A DNA stretch of 24,000 nt from Gammaproteobacteria bacterium (GTDB lineage Bacteria > Pseudomonadota > Gammaproteobacteria > JAURND01), in contig JAQSWO010000020.1 of assembly GCA_029266595.1 (NCBI GenBank), forward strand, positions 1-24,000, given 5' to 3'. The notes below the pieces were generated by a model, which worked only from the letters and a program-made list of their open reading frames with translations, was not told the origin of the DNA and made no database searches. Positions 1 to 9,170 of the stretch are shown piece by piece. Position 1 is the stretch's first letter. Every line of letters starts with the position of its first letter. The position numbers and the translations under genes are program-made.

Positions 1-1861
1 TAGCACGTGTAGCATCAAGGGCAACGAGAGGTGTATATAACCAACCTAACTCTCTCATTTGTTTCAATCGATTCTGCCTATTACCATCACCAGTGTCAGT
101 AAAGCGTGTTCGAATAGGATCAAAAATGGTTGCAAATGCAATGACAGAATCTCCCATCCCCTTCGCACTCTCTTTCATAATGGCGTTTAGGACACCTTTT
201 TTATCCTCATGTTGTAATGCTCTTATATCCGCAGCAGCAATATTTCTTGCCACAGGTCTTACCTGCAAAATTGTCTCTAGCGCTGCTAACCGTTGATAAG
301 TAGTTAACTCCTTAAACAAGGCCTCAATTTGGCCCATTGTAAGCTGAGTTTTATAGTCATCACCGGAACCTGCTAAAGCAATATGCAAGTCTTTGTATTT
401 ACTATCACCGGTCTGGTTGACCAGCGCAATAAGGTCAATGACAGTACTTGAACTCTTGTCTTGCCTCCTCATTTCTTCAAGAACCTTCATCAGCTCGGGA
501 AAGTTTTGATATGCAAAGGTGTCAAGCTGTATCCTTCCACATTCGCTGTTATATTGAGGATCTGAGCTACCCTTTCGTCTCGTACCAAAAGTAATAGTGT
601 TATCACTATTAACACCATAGCCTACATGTTCCATAGGATTTGTCGGCCTGTTATTTGCAGCGGCAACATCAGAAAACTCACTTAATTGATTCGATACTTC
701 GTTATCCAACCGAGATGTATGCCCCAAAAGGTCCTGAAGCTTATACATACAAGTCGTTGCTTGGAGAATTGCGAGACTCATAGGCATTATTTCCTCTAAC
801 TCTTCAGATTTAAGAGGCTTAGTTTGTACAACAGAACCTGAAACTTTAATAAAGTCATTAAATCGCTCATAAACCCTACTTCCCATACCCACACCTTGGA
901 CAGCCACCCACATTGTAGCCGTCTGTGCAAGTGAATAGCCCGTCGTAGCACTAGGAACAACAAGGGAAAAACCTACCACAATCCGAATAATATGAAAGAC
1001 GGTCTTCTTACCTTTACCAGCCATCATTTCACCACTACCTGCGGCGGCAACAACAGAGCTAAATACTATCCAGAAAACACCCAAACCAATGGCAACTACC
1101 CAAGCTGCATTAAAAATACCGATAAGCGACCCTAGTATTTGGTTACCACCACCTGGCAGCACATTCCCAACTACACCAAATACCCTTCCTAACAGAACAA
1201 TTGATAAATCACCTGGATTAGGTGTGAAAAATCCTCTGTCACTATATATTTCCCTGACCCACTCACTTCTACGCTCATCGAAAGTTTCCACCGCTCTGCG
1301 TGTATGATTATGCGCCTTCTCTAAAAGGGCCTTTCTAGCTTGAGCCTCAGCAAGCGCATTCCTATCACAGAGCGCGCCATTACCGTCGGGTGCAAGTCTG
1401 ATAACTCGCTTGTATACATAACGGGTCTGCTTTACCCTTGTATCACTTTGTACTTTGAATGGTTTGCTGGTATCACCGATGATCTCTAGAGGCGTAGCCA
1501 ATGCTCCCTGGTGTTTCCTTCTCTCCTCATCTAACCACTTCAATAAGCCATCACGTTTGTCCCAGAGATCGCAAATAGCCTTAGCATCATTATACACTTT
1601 TGTTGTGTCTGCTAATTCTTTGGAGATAGCTGCGTGGTACGCTGCTAACTGGTCCTTATCCTTGATGCTATTCAAATACCTCTCAAGGTCAGCTCCTCCT
1701 CGCCCATCTAAATCAGTAATGCCTCTTTCTGCCATTATTCTATCTAACGCTGAACCGCCGGCGCTTGGGTTCGATGAAAACTGAGCAAAAGCAGCAGATA
1801 GCGGTAAAACAAGTAACAAGATGGAGAAGGCTAATGCCTTTAGTTTAAATGTTTTTTTCAT
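1..1861 (-). CDS. dotA: DotA (Dot/Icm T4BSS membrane/secreted component), 5' part only; continues past the left window edge
   Basis: The ORF track omits it because no stop lies in the window. I hand-translated the minus frame from the ATG at 1861..1859 down to nt 1 (620 codons) and found no stop. The ATG shares its A with the icmV stop (TAATG), which suggests translational coupling. The N-terminus MKKTFKLKALAFSILLLVLPLSAAFA/Q looks like a signal peptide. Residues ~215-300 (PGDLSIVLLGRVFGVVGNVL..GNQILGSLIGIFNAA..TTGYSLAQTATMWVAVQGVG) match the conserved DotA/TraY N-terminal core as I recall it from L. pneumophila. It lies directly downstream of icmV, as in Legionella and Coxiella. Confidence 0.85.
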   Translation of the reverse strand, partial: MKKTFKLKALAFSILLLVLPLSAAFAQFSSNPSAGGSALDRIMAERGITDLDGRGGADLERYLNSIKDKDQLAAYHAAISKELADTTKVYNDAKAICDLWDKRDGLLKWLDEERRKHQGALATPLEIIGDTSKPFKVQSDTRVKQTRYVYKRVIRLAPDGNGALCDRNALAEAQARKALLEKAHNHTRRAVETFDERRSEWVREIYSDRGFFTPNPGDLSIVLLGRVFGVVGNVLPGGGNQILGSLIGIFNAAWVVAIGLGVFWIVFSSVVAAAGSGEMMAGKGKKTVFHIIRIVVGFSLVVPSATTGYSLAQTATMWVAVQGVGMGSRVYERFNDFIKVSGSVVQTKPLKSEELEEIMPMSLAILQATTCMYKLQDLLGHTSRLDNEVSNQLSEFSDVAAANNRPTNPMEHVGYGVNSDNTITFGTRRKGSSDPQYNSECGRIQLDTFAYQNFPELMKVLEEMRRQDKSSSTVIDLIALVNQTGDSKYKDLHIALAGSGDDYKTQLTMGQIEALFKELTTYQRLAALETILQVRPVARNIAAADIRALQHEDKKGVLNAIMKESAKGMGDSVIAFATIFDPIRTRFTDTGDGNRQNRLKQMRELGWLYTPLVALDATRA

Positions 1862-2319
1862 TATTTATTTCCTCGACTAAAGGTGTAATTTCTCCAATCT
1901 TTGAATGTCAGTCCTAAGGTACGTTGAGACATCTGGACGTACCAAAAATGTTCTCTATATGCAAAAGCCAATGCGACGAATACCAAAACAGCCGCAACAA
2001 ACACACCCAAAAATACCCCAGTAAAAAGCAAATAAATCAAGTAGATGAATAGACCCACTGCCATAACTAAATAAAACACACTCATTTTCAAAAACTCTTT
2101 CCGTTTATTTATTAAGTCTTGCTCAGAGAGACCTAATCTGGCTTTTGCCTCTTCAAAGCTTTCCTGGACAGCTGCTTCTTTTTGGACAGGTGTGATAGCA
2201 GCCTTTGTCATGCCGGATAAATTTTGATAGCTACTTTTCAGCTCTTTCCATCCTAAAAAAGTAGGGATGTTGACGAAAGGCTTAAAAGGACGACCTAGTG
2301 CTCTAAATATTTTTTTCAC
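1861..2319 (-). CDS. icmV: IcmV-like small inner-membrane Dot/Icm protein (152 aa, GTG start)
   Basis: The size (~150 aa) fits IcmV. It has a basic N-terminus, a central charged helix (SFEEAKARLGLSEQDLINKRKEF) and two C-terminal hydrophobic helices followed by HFWYVQ. It sits immediately upstream of dotA and overlaps it. A GAGGT Shine-Dalgarno lies 8 nt before the GTG. Confidence 0.75.
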   Translation of the reverse strand: MKKIFRALGRPFKPFVNIPTFLGWKELKSSYQNLSGMTKAAITPVQKEAAVQESFEEAKARLGLSEQDLINKRKEFLKMSVFYLVMAVGLFIYLIYLLFTGVFLGVFVAAVLVFVALAFAYREHFWYVQMSQRTLGLTFKDWRNYTFSRGNK

Positions 2320-2370
2320 AATCTAACCTCGAAAGATGAATGGTTGCATTCCTCTATGCGTAATGTTGGC

Positions 2371-2403
2371 ATTATACAGTGCTTAAATTAAGAAAATATT
2401 AAG
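2371..2403 (-). promoter_or_regulatory. PmrA-type tandem-repeat box plus -10 hexamer of the icmV-dotA promoter
   Basis: The minus strand reads TTG CTTAATATT TT CTTAATTTA AGCACTG TATAAT. The box is at 2384..2403 and the -10 at 2371..2376, about 51 nt before the icmV GTG. This matches the PmrA element reported for L. pneumophila and C. burnetii: tandem cTTAATatT repeats with a 2-nt spacer, placed just upstream of the -10. Confidence 0.6.
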
Positions 2404-2527
2404 CAACACCGCAGAAAGGAGGTAGCGCTCTTTAATTACTCTATTATAGATCAATTAGATAAAAAATAAGCACTTATTCAAGGAATAATAAGATAATTTG
2501 AGGGAAAGGAGGGCTGCTGGCAGTTCA

Positions 2528-2866
2528 CTAGTCGTACATAAGTTCATCTAGAGAAACAGCGCTTTTAGATGGCGCAAGCTTAATAATTTCGAATAAAACA
2601 TCCATAATACACATTAACCTTAGGACACGCGGCGTTGTTTCATCAAAGTTAACCGTGATGCCCAACAAAGTTTTTTCAGTTTCAGTAAATGTTGCACCAA
2701 TACCGTATCCTAGACATAAAGATGCCAACTGATCAGCACGACGCGCCAAACCTGGCAAAAGACCTGTCACCGAGAATACCTCTTTTTCAGCAATCATATT
2801 GCCGTTAAACGTATATTTAACTCCCTGAGACTCAGAAAATGCGATTAATTGTTTAGCGATATCCAT
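2528..2866 (-). CDS. icmS: IcmS, Dot/Icm effector chaperone/adaptor subunit (112 aa)
   Basis: GLLPGLARRADQLASLCLGYGIGATF...LLGITVNFDETTPRVLRLMCIMDV...LDELMYD closely parallels L. pneumophila IcmS as recalled, including the C-terminal ELMYD. A GAGGA Shine-Dalgarno lies 8 nt upstream. It is adjacent to icmT. Confidence 0.9.
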   Translation of the reverse strand: MDIAKQLIAFSESQGVKYTFNGNMIAEKEVFSVTGLLPGLARRADQLASLCLGYGIGATFTETEKTLLGITVNFDETTPRVLRLMCIMDVLFEIIKLAPSKSAVSLDELMYD

Positions 2867-3029
2867 ATAAATTCCTCTTAACTTTTAAAAGATTTCACTC
2901 ATACTAACTATTAAGCAAGTCATAGGAAACATGGATAGATATTCCACGAGCTTGTTTATAATATAGCGACCTTTTTTGAATTTTTGCCGTACTCACTTTG
3001 CCTTTTCGAGAGCCTTAAGCGGAAAATGC

Positions 3030-3290
3030 CTACATCCACCAAGGGATGGCAGCTTTCCTTTTCCCAGCTAGCATTGAGCGAAACCACCGTGAAAATACCG
3101 CAATGGTGAAACCATAGTAATCCAAAATAGCAAAAAATATTGTCACCGATAAGGCAATGGCAATCGTCCAAAGCCTGAGGTGTAGCAAACAAAAAATGAC
3201 GGGGAATACAGCACGCGCGTCTACAAAGAACAACTTAGGATAACGCGCAGAATCACGCCAACTGGCATCTGGTGAAGGAGGATGAATCAT
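3030..3290 (-). CDS. icmT: IcmT, small Dot/Icm inner-membrane protein (86 aa)
   Basis: At 86 aa it is the same length as Legionella IcmT. The motifs WRDSAR..FFVDARAVFP..LLHLRLWT..FFAIL..YGFT..RWFRS.LAG...PWW are typical of the IcmT/TraK family. A GAGGT Shine-Dalgarno lies 8 nt upstream. Confidence 0.9.
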   Translation of the reverse strand: MIHPPSPDASWRDSARYPKLFFVDARAVFPVIFCLLHLRLWTIAIALSVTIFFAILDYYGFTIAVFSRWFRSMLAGKRKAAIPWWM

Positions 3291-3488
3291 ATTGGAACCT
3301 CAAAGTAGTAAAGGATCAGCCTAAAGCCTCTGACAAGGATTCTAGCAGCTGAAAAGAATCCCCGCCATTTATGCAGATTTTTTCTGGCTATCTTTCTTAT
3401 TCATTTTTTTTCAACAAAGGTGTACCCTAAGCAGCGCAAAGGGAAGCACATGAGCCTACCTGCCCTTACATTAACCCAAAGGACACGC

Positions 3489-4031
3489 ATGAAAAGACAA
3501 TATGTGACGCTATTGGCGTTCATAACTGCTGCCATAACCCTACTTTCAGGATGTTCAAACAGACCACCATCAACGAACATTTACTATCCGACTGATAGCG
3601 CCTCAGAAAACGCACAAAACAAACTCGCCGAAGCTGCTGTATCCACTAGCAGCTCCTTGACTAGACTCGCCGCGATTGAAAAAGCCACTCACCCCAGCGG
3701 AAAACTTTCTCCACCGATGAGTGTTGATCAAATGAACCGAGTTGGCCTGGGCGCATTAACCTCTATTGATTGGACAGGCCCAATAGAACCCTTGGTCAAA
3801 GAATTAGCGCGCATTAGCCATTACAAATTCCGTGTGCTCGGAAAACGTCCTGCTATACCCGTGTTAGTTGCGACATACGCTGTAAACATGCCAGTTGGCG
3901 ACATCTTAAGAGATGCTGACTATCAAGCAGGTAATAAGGCAGACGTCATTATTTATACTAACCATAGGACCATAGAATTACGCTACCGCCATGGCGATAT
4001 GGGTTCCCGCGGCCACGTAAGGTGGAAATAG
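3489..4031 (+). CDS. dotD: DotD, outer-membrane lipoprotein of the Dot/Icm core complex (start 3489 preferred; 3450 or the GTG at 3420 are possible)
   Basis: From the ATG at 3489 the protein starts MKRQYVTLLAFITAAITLLSGC, a lipoprotein signal with lipobox LSGC. An AAAGGA Shine-Dalgarno lies 6-7 nt upstream. The C-terminal domain (WTGPIEPLVKELA...RPAIPVLV...VGDILRD...IELRY) fits DotD. It is the first gene of a dotD-dotC-dotB array. Confidence 0.8.
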   Translation: MKRQYVTLLAFITAAITLLSGCSNRPPSTNIYYPTDSASENAQNKLAEAAVSTSSSLTRLAAIEKATHPSGKLSPPMSVDQMNRVGLGALTSIDWTGPIEPLVKELARISHYKFRVLGKRPAIPVLVATYAVNMPVGDILRDADYQAGNKADVIIYTNHRTIELRYRHGDMGSRGHVRWK

Positions 4032-4091
4032 AAACACAAAAATTTGAGATAATAAAAGAGATTGCACAAGCCTTCTTCATAGGGAAAACTC

Positions 4092-4940
4092 ATGCGTAAA
4101 AGCCATCACATACTTACTATTATGATGCTATGCCTCGTCATGCTGCTTACCGCCTGCTCCAGCAAAAGACCCAAAGGCCCGATGAGCGAACTCAATGGCT
4201 ACCCTTCTTCCAAAGAAAGTAGTACCGGAATCTCCCAAATCCGCATGGGAGCTCTACAGGAAACCGCAACCACAACTGGTGCTCAAAGTGCTTTAAGTTG
4301 GGAGTCACAACGTATCAACAAATTTCTCGAGCAAGATGCCCATCGTTTGAGCAAAGCTTTTAATTTCCAAGCACTGGTTTTGGAGAACAACGTACTGCCC
4401 CCTGTTCTTTCAGAGGGCAGAAATGCACTTAACCTCGATGATTCAGAAACCGTTCGATTAGCAGATCAAGTCTATAAAATAGAAAGCCCGCCTAGATTTG
4501 TGACAGCTGCTCCCAGTTGGCGTGAGTATTTGTGGATGAACTACGAAAAGCCTGAAAAACCTAATTCCAGCTTACTACCTAGAGATGATGAAGAGCGGAA
4601 AGTATGGAATATCGCTGTTATGAAGGGTTGGGAAGAGGGTATCAAACAAGCTAATCAAATTTTCTCTGCCAATATGGGCCGCATGAAACGCGACTATAAT
4701 GGCATGGTTCTCTATCGTGTATTGCTTGCACAAAAAATGGTGACAGCGCCCTATGTGGCCAAAACAGAGATGGGCGTAACAGGTGACGCCAAAGAATTAC
4801 GCATTAACGACCAAGTGTTACGCATCACAGCAACTTCCAGGCTTGTACCTGACAGCAAGCAGTGGAGATCCGTGGCAGTTCCCGGCGTAGAAGGTGTATG
4901 GCGCACGCAAGGAACACAAGGAACAAAAACACTACAATGA
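4092..4940 (+). CDS. dotC: DotC, outer-membrane lipoprotein of the Dot/Icm core complex (282 aa)
   Basis: It has a lipoprotein signal (MLLTAC, lipobox LTAC) and an AGGGA Shine-Dalgarno. It sits between dotD and dotB, and its stop overlaps the dotB ATG (ATGA). Its size is near the ~300 aa of Legionella DotC. Confidence 0.8.
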   Translation: MRKSHHILTIMMLCLVMLLTACSSKRPKGPMSELNGYPSSKESSTGISQIRMGALQETATTTGAQSALSWESQRINKFLEQDAHRLSKAFNFQALVLENNVLPPVLSEGRNALNLDDSETVRLADQVYKIESPPRFVTAAPSWREYLWMNYEKPEKPNSSLLPRDDEERKVWNIAVMKGWEEGIKQANQIFSANMGRMKRDYNGMVLYRVLLAQKMVTAPYVAKTEMGVTGDAKELRINDQVLRITATSRLVPDSKQWRSVAVPGVEGVWRTQGTQGTKTLQ

Positions 4941-6037
4941 GCAATGAATACCAATACCCCAATGAACCTTTACGTTTCACGCCTCGTGATATAGATGAGC
5001 TGCTGACTTTCTGTGCTGAACAACAAGCCTCGGATATTACTTTCCAAACGTCGGAACCCGTCGTAGTAGAAATATATGGCCGCTTACATAAAATCACAAA
5101 AAGAAAACTCACTCATGGTGAAGTGAGCAACATCTTAAATGCTATCTACGGTCCTAACGGTACGACTCAAATTCTTAGTGGAGAAGATGTAGACACACAT
5201 TATGAATTTACCCCCACTCGTGGCCTTCGCTACCGCTTCCGTGTGAACGGTACTGGCTGCCAAGTAGAAGGTCATGCTGGGATACAACTCACTTTACGTA
5301 CCATTCCCACACTACCTCCTGACCTCGCCACATTAAATTTGCCACCCAATATACTGGCAGCACTGACACCCGAAGACGGTGTTGTCTATATCACTGGCGC
5401 AACAGGATCAGGCAAAAGCACTCTACTTGCCTCCATCATCAAAGATATTGCTCAAGACCCTGATAGTCATAGAAAAATATTAACCTATGAGTCACCGATT
5501 GAATTTGTGTTTGATGACATCGAAAAGCCCTCCACTGTTATTAGCCAATCGGAAATTCCAAGGCACCTTCCCTCTTTTGCTGCAGGCGTCCGTAATGCAC
5601 TGAGACGAAAACCAAGACTCATCCTTGTGGGAGAATCACGAGATGCTGAAGCACTTACGGGACATCCTGTCTATACGACCTTACACAGCAACGGTGTAGC
5701 GGAAACTATTCGTAGATTGGTCGGAAGCTTTCCAAGCGATGAGAGAGTTGGCAGAACTATTGACATCATCGAAACAATTCGACTCATTATCTGGCAAAAA
5801 TTAGTGCCCACTGTAGATGGCAAGCGCGTTGCCTTAAGAGAATATTTAATTTTTGATGAAGGCGTGCGAGATAAACTACTTTCCATTGACCCCACAGCTG
5901 TCACAGCTAAAACTAGAGAACTAGTTAGGGAATATGGACAAACCATGCTGACAGACGTGGAGAAAAAATTCAGCGAAGGCGTCATCTCAGAACAAACCTA
6001 CACGATGCTCAGCAAAGGGTTGAAGCTGATTGGCTAA
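4937..6037 (+). CDS. dotB: DotB, PilT/VirB11-family hexameric secretion ATPase of the Dot/Icm system (366 aa from the ATG at 4937)
   Basis: Walker A is GATGSGKST, Walker B/Asp box is RLILVGESRDAE and the His box is TGHPVYTTLHS. Long collinear similarity to L. pneumophila DotB as recalled includes YEF.P.RG.RYRFRVN, SQSEIPRHLPSFA.GVRNALRRKPRLI and IETIRL.IWQKLVPTVDGKRVALREYL.FDE. The ATGA overlap with the dotC stop favours 4937 over the ORF-track start at 4862. Confidence 0.9.
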   Translation: MSNEYQYPNEPLRFTPRDIDELLTFCAEQQASDITFQTSEPVVVEIYGRLHKITKRKLTHGEVSNILNAIYGPNGTTQILSGEDVDTHYEFTPTRGLRYRFRVNGTGCQVEGHAGIQLTLRTIPTLPPDLATLNLPPNILAALTPEDGVVYITGATGSGKSTLLASIIKDIAQDPDSHRKILTYESPIEFVFDDIEKPSTVISQSEIPRHLPSFAAGVRNALRRKPRLILVGESRDAEALTGHPVYTTLHSNGVAETIRRLVGSFPSDERVGRTIDIIETIRLIIWQKLVPTVDGKRVALREYLIFDEGVRDKLLSIDPTAVTAKTRELVREYGQTMLTDVEKKFSEGVISEQTYTMLSKGLKLIG

Positions 6038-6726
6038 TCAGCAAGCTTCTTCCACATATTTCCCCTATACAAGTACGACGGCAAAGCATCTTTTAGGGCA
6101 GTAAAGCGGCCATACTCAAAATCCACCTTTGCAATTCTAGCAATCTCCTTAGCATGGGGGAGGCAGTCGCTATATAACTGAGCCCTCACAGGTATCTGAT
6201 CTTTCAAAACATCAGCGTAGACACTCCAGCCATCTCCTGCAGCAGCACATACCTTTAAAGCATCTCCCGCGAAAGAAAGCTCAGATGGTAGACAACGCCT
6301 TTCGTCTGAAACAATCTGCACAATCGGTTGCACTGTCTTTTGGTAAGTCCCCGTATAAATATCTCCAGCGTAAGCATTCAATGCAACACATATTAATTCT
6401 GCATCGAAGTCTATGTATATTTTCTGGGCGAGTGCTTGCAGAGTAGAAACTGGGAAAATGGGCAGGTCTTTTGAAAATGCGATAGCCTGAGCGACGCTAG
6501 CAGATAGACGCACACCCGTGAAACTGCCCGGACCACGGCCAAATGCAACGCCATCTAATTGAGAAAAAGAGATACCCGCATCAGCAAGGAGGTGTTTGAT
6601 CATGGAGAGAACATGCCGAGACTGTTGACGCAACGCAGGCTCAGATATACTGAATACAAGGTCATCCTGCATCAAGGCGACGGAACATGCCTGCATAGAC
6701 ATGTCGAAGGATAATAAATTTAACAT
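6034..6726 (-). CDS. tsaB: TsaB (YeaZ), tRNA N6-threonylcarbamoyladenosine biosynthesis protein (230 aa)
   Basis: The N-terminus MLNLLSFDMSMQACSVAL parallels E. coli MRILAIDTATEACSVAL. GRGPGSFTGVR, VSTL and the C-terminal LPSYLYRGNMWKK (E. coli PVYLRNNVAWKK) also match. Its stop overlaps the dotB stop convergently. Confidence 0.85.
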   Translation of the reverse strand: MLNLLSFDMSMQACSVALMQDDLVFSISEPALRQQSRHVLSMIKHLLADAGISFSQLDGVAFGRGPGSFTGVRLSASVAQAIAFSKDLPIFPVSTLQALAQKIYIDFDAELICVALNAYAGDIYTGTYQKTVQPIVQIVSDERRCLPSELSFAGDALKVCAAAGDGWSVYADVLKDQIPVRAQLYSDCLPHAKEIARIAKVDFEYGRFTALKDALPSYLYRGNMWKKLAD

Positions 6727-6843
6727 TGTAACAGCAGCCCATGATGGCTATAGAGAGTTCCCCAGTATTAGATTTTCTGGATCATCACCCTAAACGCGGT
6801 TCGAAAAATTCTTCGCTTCGTTCAGGGCGATGGATAAAACTGA

Positions 6844-7416
6844 CTATTCTTCCTCATCAGTCGAAGGAGAAAGCTCCTTAATAGAAATATTAACACCCGT
6901 TAAACGCGCCAAGCCTGTGGTATTCACACTCGGATAAGTAAATCCGCGCTTCCACATAGGCATAAATCTCAGCAAAACGGTGCCATAGGCTTTATCAACA
7001 TCATAGGGGCTGGCGTCCAAATATAAAACATGCTCCGAGTAGCATGTCGTCACCTTTGTTTTCTGCCGTGGATTGAGGTCAGAAATGATAGAAATTTCCC
7101 GGTGACATTCTCCTTCCCTTATACGGAAATCAACCGGTTGATATGCCTGCAAGTCTGGAGATGGCGGAATTAAGGCACGCCCACCATGAATATTAACTTG
7201 TATAACGGAATTACCTGCCTTTACATACTGCCCCCTCTTAGTATGTTGTGCTCGAGCATAGTTAGCAGATAATTCGGCACGCTGCTCCGGCGTATATGAC
7301 TTCCATTCAGCGTCAGAAATACCCAGCCTACTGGGCCCAACCACTGACGCACAACCAGCAAGAAAGGCAGGCATCACGATAAAAAACAAGAATACATATT
7401 TTTGCAACCGTCTCAT
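6844..7416 (-). CDS. Hypothetical lipoprotein (190 aa)
   Basis: The signal peptide carries lipobox FLAGC (MRRLQKYVFLFFIVMPAFLAGC). An AGGAA Shine-Dalgarno lies 8 nt upstream. I do not recognise the family. Confidence 0.6.
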   Translation of the reverse strand: MRRLQKYVFLFFIVMPAFLAGCASVVGPSRLGISDAEWKSYTPEQRAELSANYARAQHTKRGQYVKAGNSVIQVNIHGGRALIPPSPDLQAYQPVDFRIREGECHREISIISDLNPRQKTKVTTCYSEHVLYLDASPYDVDKAYGTVLLRFMPMWKRGFTYPSVNTTGLARLTGVNISIKELSPSTDEEE

Positions 7417-7446
7417 ATAACATTCCTAAAGCATTTTAAAGCTAGC

Positions 7447-7488
7447 ATAAAAAAGCCGCCACCCACGTATGTATCTGTGAATAACGGC
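7447..7488 (-). terminator. Rho-independent terminator downstream of the repeat lipoprotein gene
   Basis: The minus-strand RNA reads GCCGUUAUUCAC-AGAUACAUAC-GUGGGUGGCGGC-UUUUUUAU. This gives a 12-bp stem (8 Watson-Crick plus 4 G-U pairs) followed by a U6 tract. The G-U pairs would be A-C mismatches on the other strand, so the hairpin is specific to the minus strand. Confidence 0.55.
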
Positions 7489-7563
7489 TTATAAACTGAA
7501 AGTCACAAAACGACTTGGATAACACTAAATATGCCGTCATCCAAACCTTTCGTTAATAGATGA

Positions 7564-8136
<573 letters not shown>

Positions 8137-8381
8137 TTACTGATTGGAAAGAACAAGATCGGGAAGGGACAACCTCTCGACCTAACTACCGTCCCGAATC
8201 TATATACAATTACGGTTTGGCAAACGCGCGCATAGTAACAGATAAAATAAATAACGCAAAAAAATATTCACGCAGTCCAGTGTAGTGGCCATCGGGTATA
8301 CATTATAAAAAATCCTCGATAGAATCCGCCCGCTGACACAGCGGCTTACTGCTGTTTAACCACTCTAGGGGGAATAACACC

Positions 8382-9170
8382 GTGGGATTTCTAACTGGGA
8401 AACGAGCATTGATTACTGGCATTTTAAACAACCGCTCCATTGCATATGGTATTGCTGAATCTATGCATCGCGAAGGCGCTGAACTGGCATTTACTTATGT
8501 AAATGATAACTTAAAAAGCCGTGTTGAGGCTGTTGCTGACACATTTGGCTCAAAGATTCTTATCCCCTGCGATGTCAGTGATGATCAGCAAATCATGGAT
8601 GCTTTTAAGCTATTGAAGGCCCATTGGGATGGTTTTGATATCTTGGTCCACTCTATCGCCTACGCACCTGCTGACCAGCTAGAAGGTGACTATATCGACC
8701 GTGTAAATAGGGAAGGTTTTAAGATTGCGCATGATATTAGCAGCTATAGCTTTGCCGCCCTTGCTCAAGCCGCCTATCCTATGATGGAAGGGCGAAAGGC
8801 CGCTATGGTTACCATGACCTATCAAGGCTCTACACGCGTTGTACCAAGCTATAACGTTATGGGTGTTGCCAAAGCAAGTCTCGAAGCCAATATGCGCTAC
8901 ATGGCCAGCAGCCTCGGGCCCAAAGGTATCCGAGTGAACGCAATTTCTGCTGGACCCATCAAGACACTTGCCTCATCAGGCGTTAAAGGGCTGAAGAAAA
9001 TGCTGGACTATCATGAAAAGGTAGCGCCACTTCGAAGGAATATTACTCAACAAGAAGTGGGAGATGCTTCTGCGTTTATTTGTTCAGACCTGGCAGGCGG
9101 CATTACCGGAGAAGTGATACATGTGGACTCCGGCTTCCACTCTATAGCAATGGGAGGCTTAGGAGAGTAA
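8382..9170 (+). CDS. fabI: Enoyl-[acyl-carrier-protein] reductase [NADH] FabI (262 aa, GTG start)
   Basis: It is collinear with E. coli FabI over the full length: MGFL.GKR.L.TG......[48 protein letters not shown] and [14 protein letters not shown]. Confidence 0.95.
   Translation: MGFLTGKRALITGILNNRSIAYGIAESMHREGAELAFTYVNDNLKSRVEAVADTFGSKILIPCDVSDDQQIMDAFKLLKAHWDGFDILVHSIAYAPADQLEGDYIDRVNREGFKIAHDISSYSFAALAQAAYPMMEGRKAAMVTMTYQGSTRVVPSYNVMGVAKASLEANMRYMASSLGPKGIRVNAISAGPIKTLASSGVKGLKKMLDYHEKVAPLRRNITQQEVGDASAFICSDLAGGITGEVIHVDSGFHSIAMGGLGE

Noticed and set aside
93-1784. Plus-strand ORFs 93..296, 1089..1307 and 1455..1784.
   Set aside because: They are antisense to the uninterrupted dotA frame, their composition is low-complexity, and they lack ribosome-binding sites.
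2956-3192. A 78-aa minus-strand ORF overlapping icmT.
   Set aside because: It is an alternative frame of icmT with no independent support.
4862-4936. An N-terminal extension of dotB with an arginine-rich stretch (MEIRGSSRRRRCMAHARN...).
   Set aside because: It lies entirely inside the dotC coding sequence in another frame. The ATGA stop/start overlap at 4937 and the alignment to DotB favour the shorter form.
5300-5311. A 12-nt identity (ccattcccacac) between the dotB coding sequence and REP-like copy B (11601..11612). GCATTCCCACGC also occurs inside aas at about 23163.
   Set aside because: Both lie in well-conserved coding frames with no flanking similarity. I treat them as chance matches.
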